From Octopus sinensis (taxonomy: Eukaryota), in the NCBI RefSeq assembly GCF_006345805.1, contig NC_043008.1, forward strand, positions 72,106,001-72,170,000: a stretch of 64,000 nucleotides of DNA. Reading direction: 5' to 3'. Each line of letters begins with the position of its first letter. The first letter of the stretch is position 1. Below are positions 55,141-64,000 of the stretch, in pieces. The notes under the pieces are model-generated. The model did no database searches, was not told the DNA's origin, and worked only from the letters and a program-made list of their open reading frames with translations. The position numbers and the translations under genes are program-made.

Positions 55141-55362
55141 AGAATATTTTCTCAAAGAATCTGTGATAAATGGTTTAAGCAATATTCCTCTGTTGATGAC
55201 ATAATTCAGCCATAATTTTCCCTGAAACATGTAACACGTAATAAATAATGTTAGAACCATACTCAACTTTCGTTATACACACACATTCACCCATACTAAT
55301 GCAAATATTGGCTTAATTGCATATATATATATATACATATTGTATATATTTATATATATACA

Positions 55363-55416
<54 letters not shown>

Positions 55417-55717
55417 ATACTATTTATCCGCATGAAAATTTACGCTAAGGGAATTATTCACCTAGGTTTCCAATGTCTTTTTAACATACGTTATTTACGT
55501 ATTTCTTAACATATCTCTGTGAATATATGTAAGCAGTTGGTTATTATAAGAATTGATTCATTAAACGGAGTTCAATAAATGTCATCAAATAAAATGAAAT
55601 TAAGCATATCCCTTTTCTGTTTCTCTCCCTTCTTGTATCTTTCTCCATATCTCAGCATATCTTCTTTCACCGCTCCCTCACCCTTATTCCTTAAATCAAT
55701 TCCTTGCCACATTTGCT

Positions 55718-55751
<34 letters not shown>

Positions 55752-56314
55752 ATCTGAAAGTCTATGAGGATTTGAGGATTACTTAATACAGATTTGAAGT
55801 GTAAAGGCGATTCCTTAAAAAAGATTAATTTAAATCAGGAAGTTATGAAATCTTTTACGAGGATGTTATTACCCTTTTTTTCGAATAAATGTTTTTCTAG
55901 TGTGTGGGCGCTTTCATTATATTAATCCTTTTCAGAAATTTTATACATATATATATAAACATCGAAGACGTGTTCTCTTTAAGAGCATCCGCTTATTCCA
56001 CTATTCCAAATACGTATGTAGATGTTATATTTCTGTGAGGCATGCATAAGATATGAAAATTCTGGGAATTGTTTTTTAGCAAAGTAATTACATATGAAAA
56101 CAGGAGAATGGAAAATTTTTAGCAATATTTCTTCACCATTACATGTGTTTCATTTGCTAATAGATCCAATCTTGTGCACGTTGGAGAAATATCGCCTGCG
56201 AGAAATGTTTGAGAGAATCAAATAATAACTTTGATTATTTGATCAAATAATCAAGTAAACGAAGTTAGTAGTTGATTCTCTCTGAAAAAATTCTAAAAGA
56301 AGATATCATACATG

Positions 56315-56485
56315 TTTCTCCTACACATTGCCCCGGGCCAACCAAAGCTATGAGAGTGGGTATAGTTGTCGGAAACTGGAAGAAATTTGTCGTGTATATG
56401 TGTATATTTGTGCGTGTGCGTGTACGTATATATAAATACATACATACCTACACACACACACATATATATATATGTATGTATGTGC

Positions 56486-56530
<45 letters not shown>

Positions 56531-56610
56531 TGTGCATATGCATATGCAATGTTCGTTAGCTTATTTCCCCGTAACTTAGCAGTTCTGAAAAGGAGCGTAT
56601 GCAATAAGGG
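56315..56610 (+). mobile_element. Diverged family B SINE with internal microsatellite
   Basis: ccgggccaaccaaagc..ggaaactggaagaa..(TA)n..ccccgtaacttagcagttc. Confidence 0.7.
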
Positions 56611-56654
56611 TTTACAAATAGAAGTATGTGGGTAGACTAAACTCTCCAAAGTAC

Positions 56655-56860
56655 AGGTGCTTTGCCTAGTGGCCAGGCTCGTGACTTTGAGGCTGTTGTT
56701 TCGAGTGATGCTTTATATTCTTGAGAAAATCTCTTCATTACACGCTAGTCCACTCCACAAGGCTGGCAAAAATGAGTATTGCTGAAACGGACTGGCGTCC
56801 TGTCCAGAGAGGAATATGCACACCACAATAAAACTGAGAAAACAGCCTGCATGACTCGGA
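56655..56860 (+). mobile_element. Diverged tRNA-type SINE (another family)
   Basis: gcctagtgg head; ggactggcgtcctgtccag core typical of SINE bodies. Confidence 0.45.
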
Positions 56861-57251
56861 AAAAAAGCCCTATTTAGACTTTCCAGTGTAGTGCTGTAGC
56901 AAGGCCACTGTCTAATAGTTGAAACAAGTATCAAATAAAAGATATATACATGAGTGTGTGTGTGTATGTGTGTGTGTGTGTGTGTGCGTATGGGTTTGTG
57001 TGTGAATTAGAAATTCTCCAGAGGTTCCAACAACCAGAGGCATTATTTGATTTTCTACCTAAAGAATTTCTAACGGGCGATATTGTAGTACTTGTTTCTC
57101 CGAGAAGTACAACTTTGTATCTCCTATTTGCAAATAAAGCACGTGTAATGGTAAATAAATATTACCAAAAATTTCCCCAGTCTCCTCTTTTGCTATATAT
57201 ATAAACAATTACATTTTAATAATGATATTAAACATTTGTCAATTAACATTC

Positions 57252-57408
57252 TGTTATGTCGCACGTTCGGATGCCTTCTACTAAACTCTGCTCTCCTCTA
57301 CTCTCTACTGCTCCGACTGCTACTCGACTCTGACAACGTCTAGACTTCTCCCTGTGTATCTACGTATTGGGCTAGCCTACTACATCGTCTGGGGGCGTCC
57401 ACACAACA
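57252..57408. mobile_element. 157-bp solo LTR
   Basis: TGTT..AACA termini flanked by an exact 5-bp TSD cattc (57247-57251, 57409-57413). Confidence 0.75.
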
Positions 57409-58221
57409 CATTCAGTCATAAAGGAGAACATCAACTCATCGAGGAACATCGAACTATGTGATTAAAAAGTCGACAATTACTTCCAATTCTCAACCTTTTG
57501 TATAACACATCGAAAATATATAAATATGTGTGTATGTGTATATGTGTGTCTGTATGTATATATATATATACACAAACACACAAAGCGCACACATATATAT
57601 ATTCCTCACATATATATATACGTGTGTGTGTACGTATATATTGTAAGAATATATATGTACCCAAACCGTGTAGTAGACAAGAAAACGTTTTAACACACAG
57701 CCACATAGCTTCATAACTTTATATATTTGAGAATATAGAAACGTTACACAGATATACAAGCGCCAAAAGATTAGAACTGCAATTTGAATAAGCTACATTT
57801 TTAAAAATTCATTCTATTACACATCCCTTCTGGAAGTTGATTAATATAATAACTATTAAATTGCGATAATTTATAGGCATAGACAATTTCCTTTTACAGT
57901 GTTTGAACCTCATTATTGATTATAGCCCTATTTATTAGCAATCCAATTAAGTAAACATATTTATCTCTTTCAAATGAACTTTTAGCTTACGCAGCAAGGT
58001 GCCTGTTTCAATTGTAATTTGTCACCTGCCTCACTGCTTCTTATCTGCTGTCTTTCAGCGATATAGTTATGTATCATATAACGATTAACCCTAATTTAAA
58101 GAACACAATGCTGTATTTGTGAACGAAGATTCTTAGCAAGCCATAGATTTGTTGTACCAGTCTTCCCCTGCAACCATATTAACACACACAGACACGCACA
58201 CTCGCATATCTGTGTCTCTGT

Positions 58222-58274
<53 letters not shown>

Positions 58275-58449
58275 CAAAGGAAAATTGTTGTTATAGTAAG
58301 CAGACACTATTATAGTAAAACTGTATGAGTATCCACTTGCTGCAAAAGGCGTCCCGCAAATGTTTTGTTGCATTCACTTCATGAACGGAGGTTTAATGCG
58401 CTTTTGTATAACATTAACCCTCTGCTTATGACGTCATATCTGATCTTGC

Positions 58450-58503
<54 letters not shown>

Positions 58504-58964
58504 CTCTGTCTGTGTGTCTTCCCTCACTGCACGCTCAAACCCCTGGATCAATCTGTACCATACTTGGGACACATGAATAATTTGAACTTCCTGTCTTTGG
58601 TACCTCAACCAGCTATTGGCATAAACACGTAAGTATACAACATTACAGTTGTGACGATTTCTGATAAAAAAAAAAAAGAATTTCTAAAGGTAGTTTCATG
58701 TCAGAAAAAAAAGTTCATACGAAGATAGACACCTTTTTCTCCATTAATTGAGTAGGGTACTGTATATTGTACATTGATTTTCCAATACATATTTCGGACA
58801 TTTTTGGAACAAGTCGCCTTAATAAGACTTGATATTTCACATTTAATTATAGAAGTGTAATTTGTTACATAATCGCTCTAATAAACATGATATTGAAGGG
58901 AATAATTCCGTTTCAACTTCTTTCATTATATATATGTGTGTGTGTGAAACTTTTTTGGAGAAGG

Positions 58965-59140
58965 GGGCTAGTCGATTATATCGACCGCAGTGTGTAACTG
59001 GACGTTAATTTATCGACCCCGAAACGATGAAAGGCAAAGTTGAGCTCGGCAGAATTTGAACTCAGAACGCAGCGGTAGACGAAATACCGCTAATCATTTC
59101 ACCCAGTGTGCAAACGATTCTGCCAGCTCACCGCCTTACA
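58965..59140 (-). mobile_element. Family A SINE
   Basis: gtcgattatatcgacc..aaaggcaaagttgagctcggcagaatttgaactcagaacg..ctgccagctcaccgcct. Confidence 0.85.
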
Positions 59141-59212
59141 CATTTATATATAAATACATACATACGTTCGTACGTACGTATATGTATTCATACAAACATG
59201 CAATATATATAC

Positions 59213-59272
<60 letters not shown>

Positions 59273-61159
59273 ACATACATATATACATATATAGGTGTAT
59301 ACATACATAAGTACATAAATACAGAGAGAGAGAGGGGGGTGAGGAAGGAGAGTGAAAATGAGAGCTTCATAGAAAAAGAAAAAAAAAACAAATTGAAGAC
59401 TTGTAAAAGTTTTGTTTCGAAGAATGCTAAATGTTGTGGCAATTTCATCATTTGGTCTTTACAAATTTGTAAAGAAAATATTATTTATGTTAATTCACGT
59501 CCGAATTTGAAATAAATGCTTCTGGCATATTTATCACTCCGCTGTCATTGTTGTTTAAAAACATTGTTTAATCAACGTCTCAGCAAACTTCATTTTATTA
59601 AATAATGTTGGCTATAATTAGTACTATTCTATTAATAAGCCGTAAGTAAAGATTTTTGTTCCACCATATTCTTCAATTTCGTTTTGTCTCAATATTCTAT
59701 CACAGATCTTCAATGGAGTTTTCCTTCTGGAGATTGTCAAGTTAATGATCATATTTCTCATTTAAAATAAGGATTCTACAGAGAAGAAGATTACTTTTTG
59801 TTTTTGCATTATTCTGCTTCTGCAACTATCACAGAAAAGATGACTTCTCATTCACAAGATGAAATAAATAAAAGATAATTGAAAAAAATACATCGTTTCA
59901 ATGAAGCTAAGATTGTTCATAATTTCCCACATATTATCACAAATATGACAGAAGGAGAAGGGGCCATAACGTAACGCTTGTTATGATATATCATATTTAT
60001 ATATGATTTTGTTGTTTATAAATTGACTTCAGTGGATTGCTTACCGAGTGTATTAAAAAAAACTACAATTACAGTTATTTTCCTTTTATGATAAACACGT
60101 GTGTATATATATGTAGCTAGAGAGAGAGAAAGCTAGAGAAAGGAAGGAAAAGATATGTATACATGTATATCTATACATGCGTGTAATACACACACACAAG
60201 CAAACATTTATACACGAACATAAATATAGACAAATGTAAACACACACAGCATATACACTCACATATATACATGTTTTTTTGTATAAGCGGAAGGATGTGT
60301 GCTTAATGATGTATGCATATGTACCATATGAGAGGTGTTAACACACGTACATAAATAACAGTCACCGCTACAGAGATATAAACAAATATGTACATGAAAA
60401 TATGATATATAGAGACAGACAGTGAGAGAGGGGAGAGAAATATACAAATATATACATACATATATGTGTAATATACGCACAGACACACACACACACATAC
60501 ACTCATATATATGTATGTGTGTGTGCGTGTGCATGGAAGTAAGTATGTATGTGTAAAATATATATATATGATAAAAACATTGTTTCCACAGTCAAAATTC
60601 TTTAACGAACAATAAATCTCTTGATATTATAACTGTCATTCTTACATAGATGAATAACAAGACGTTTGACGGATGTGTTTTAGTAAAACAATATGACATC
60701 GTACAAATCGTACAACATGTTAGCTTTGTTTTTGCCTTCTGTCGGTGATTTAGGTGTTGTAATGATTGCTATTGTTTCAAATTCATTGTACTGATATACC
60801 TTGTCCCTGATGCTTCTTGGCTCACTTCTCAACTTAATTTTGCTTGTTTACTTTCGATTTCTTTCAGTACTATGAGTAAATATTTTTAGACATTCAAAAA
60901 TATATGGACAGAGTATATTTTAACGACTCAAGTAAAAATAACAATCCTAAGGTATTTGTTGAAAGCTATATTGATGTATTTTGTATAGCGCTTGCTCTTC
61001 TATATATATCACTATGATTATAAGAAAGGCGGCGACCTGGTAGAGTAGTTAGAATACCATACAAAATACTTAGTAGCATTTCTACCGTCTTTAAGCACTG
61101 ATTTAAATTCCACCTTTCTGTATCATAACGATGATGATGATGACAATGTTAATAAATAA

Positions 61160-61170
61160 ATAAATAGATA

Positions 61171-61261
<91 letters not shown>
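61160..61261. repeat. (AAT)n directly 5' of a Dong fragment
   Basis: Direct reading. Confidence 0.95.
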
Positions 61262-61262
<1 letters not shown>

Positions 61263-62810
61263 GCCGCCAACACTAAGTCAACTACTTGTTATTCATGGAT
61301 GACCTCAAACTTTATGGTAAAGATGAATCCCAAGTCAGTTCTTTCTTTCATACGGTGTATACTTTCAGAGCTCATATCAGAATGGAGTAGAGACTAAAAA
61401 ATGTGCGTTGTGTTAGTCTCGAAGCGAGGTAAAATCAAATGTATGGACTGGCTAGCGATACCGTCGGTGGGGTTATGAAGCAGATAGAAGAGACAGGCTA
61501 TAAGTACTTAGAGATATTGGAAATGGATAAATTGATGGAATAAGAAATGACAGAAAAATTTAAGGTAGAGTACTTGTGCAGAATGAAACTGATCCTTAAG
61601 TCGAAATTAAACTGTCAGAATAAGATTGAGGCTATCAACATCTGGGCGGTTTCCCTCTTTAGATATGGAGCAGAGATAATCGCATGGACAGTAGACGAAC
61701 TAAACAGCTTAGACAGATGACAAGGAAGTTGCTGACTAGATATGGGATACTCCACACAAAGTGACACAGACAGACTGTATGTACCAAAAAAAAAGTGGGT
61801 AAGAGGACTGTTTGGATGAGAACACAGCATTAGAGCAACAGAAAACAACATAGCATGGTATGGAAAAATGTCACAGTACCACCATTATTGAAAGTAAAAA
61901 GGTTAGGCTTGTGTAGAATGGGACATTGCAAAGACAAAGCACTGTACAAACACTGAGAATGAATGAAACTGAAAATGGGTGGATAAAGAAGAGAATGCAT
62001 GAACAATTTCATAGAGATGTTGAAGATAAGATAGATAAACAAAGAAAAAAAGATGGCTATGGATGACTAAAAGTAATTTAAAACCGGAAACAGAAGCTCT
62101 AATCTATGCTGCCCAAGAGCAAGCACTGAGACCGATTATATCAAATAGAGAATAAACAACACATCAGAAAATGATAAGTGCAGAATATGTGTACAAAACG
62201 GTTAAACCATATGGCGTATTACCAGTCAATTCACGCCACTAGCCCAGAAAGAATATAAGTGGCGTCATGACAATATAGAAAGGATTGACCATTGGACACT
62301 TTGCAGCACGTACGGACTTGACATAGCAAAAATGTGATACGAACATAAACCCGAAGGAATCATTGAAAATGATAATGCAAAGATCCTATAGGATTTTATG
62401 ATTCAGTGCGGCCATGAGATAGAGAATATGAAACCAGACATAGTGTTAATTCAGAAAGAAAGCAAGCGATGCTGAATCATAGATATATCATGCGCAGCTG
62501 ACAACAAGAAAAAATGTCGACAGATTAGATTGAGAGGTTAAGCAGTTGTGGTCGAGTCGATGAAAAAAGGTGATAGTAGTACCAATATTTGTCAGAACAT
62601 GGGAAGAGTGAGCCAAAATCTTGAGAAGTACATGGAACAAATAGGGGCTGCAATAAAGGTGGAGCACTTGCTAAAATCAGCACTGCTTAGAACCACTCGA
62701 ATATTCCAAATAGTGCTCGAACATTAAGGAGTGTTGCCTTAGTTCACTGGTAGTGAATAACCGGCACCGTAGTACATCTCCAGTATTAGAAGCTGTGCAA
62801 AGAAAATAAA
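61262..62810 (+). mobile_element. R4/Dong element, 5'-truncated (RT C-half, CCHC, RLE, 3' UTR); same family as 6993-8895
   Basis: VNYLLFMDDLKLYGK; YKYLEI; AINIWAVSLFRYG; NDKCRIC..AQKEYKWRHDN; KPDIVLI; 3' UTR ttagttcactggtagtgaa..agaagctgtgcaaag shared with ~8788-8850. Confidence 0.92.
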
Positions 62811-63043
62811 TAATAATAATAATAATGTTAATCATTATAATAAAAATAACAATAATAATCACGGTGAAGATGATAATAATAATAATAATAATAACTATAA
62901 TAATCATGGTGATGATGATGATGATCATGATGATGAAGATGATGATGACGACGACGATGATGATGATGATGGTGATGATGATGACGATGATGATGATGAT
63001 GACGACGATACTAGTAATAATAATAATAATAGTAATAATAATA
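62810..63043. repeat. (AAT)/(GAT)/(GAC) compound tract between two Dong fragments
   Basis: Direct reading. Confidence 0.9.
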
Positions 63044-64000
63044 GGGATCTGTGAAAGCATTGCGCAACAGCTAGATAAGTGTTTGCAGGAAAGCATTGTA
63101 CCCAGATGGATGACAAAGGGCAAGACATTGTTGTGTGCCAAGGATTCTGAGAAGGGTAATATTGCATCCAAATTTCGACTAATAGCGTGTCTTCCGCTAA
63201 TGTGGAAAAATCAGCTGTTACTTGATAATCTAATTATAAGAAAGTGCAAGTGAAAACACATAAACTTGAGTGTGGTAGGGCTTGACTCTCGTAATAATTA
63301 CGATATGATATCACATTTTTTAATAACAAGATCCATGGAAATGTATGGAGTAACAGAAAATATTCGAAGCCTTATATGGAACAGTATGAAATCTTGGAGA
63401 ACTGAAATGATAGCAGGAGATCACGTATTAGGAGAGGAATGTTTCCGAGGGACAATCAAGAGAGGAATGTTTCCGAAGGACAATGAATACCCACTGATCT
63501 TTGTGCTGGAAATTACCCACTTGACTGAAATACTACAGAAAACAAAGTTGGAGTATGCTCTGGGAAGCGGTAAGAGAAATCTGAACCACTTGATATGCAT
63601 GGACGACTTGAAGTGCACAAAAAGTGGGCAGAACTGGAAAGCCTAGTCCAGTCTGTGCCGATTTTCTCGAATCATATCAAGATGGAGTTTGGACTCTCAA
63701 ATTGTGCTACGATGGTGATGAGGTGAGGAAAGCATGTCAGGACGTAAGACACATGCATGCGAAGAGGTGAGACGATGAAGGCAATTGAACATGAATCTGG
63801 AAATACTTGATGCAGATGGAATTTAACACAACGATATGAAAGACAGACAAAGGAAGAGTAGCTGAGACGATTGAGAAAAATATTGGCTTCAAAGTTGAAT
63901 GCCAGAAACACAATTTCGGCAAAGAAAACTCGCGCGCAGTCGCATTAGTAGACAGAGGAGGAGCTAAAGGAGCTGGACAGGAAGACAAAAAAGCTTCTTA
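63044..64000 (+). mobile_element. R4/Dong RT-region fragment running off the window end
   Basis: PRWMTKGKTLLCAKDSEKGNIASKFRLIACLPLMWK; NSMKSWRT; RGMFPKDNEYPLIF (cf. FQGDSLSPL); NLNHLICMDDLK. Confidence 0.88.

Overview
AT-rich eukaryotic, non-genic (intergenic or intronic) DNA made almost entirely of microsatellites and decayed transposable elements. The SINE sequences resemble ones I associate with octopod cephalopods (Octopus); this is from memory, not a search. I found no confidently supportable host gene, and almost all track ORFs are translations of simple repeats. Recognisable elements: at least six fragments of R4/Dong-clade RLE retrotransposons tied to (TAA)n tracts, a Tx1/L1-like LINE 5' half, a CR1-like LINE, two Penelope-like (RT + GIY-YIG) elements, pogo, mariner and Chapaev-like DNA transposons, MITEs, several tRNA-type SINE families and a 157-bp solo LTR. 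The most notable structures are: a head-to-head pair of short elements at 29.0-29.6 kb whose two damaged copies together reconstruct a minimal type-I hammerhead ribozyme; a second, different hammerhead-like motif at 54.7 kb; a ~99% identical 495-bp inverted duplication inserted into a Dong ORF; and a 223-bp near-perfect palindrome. Boundaries are approximate unless TSDs or TIRs are quoted.
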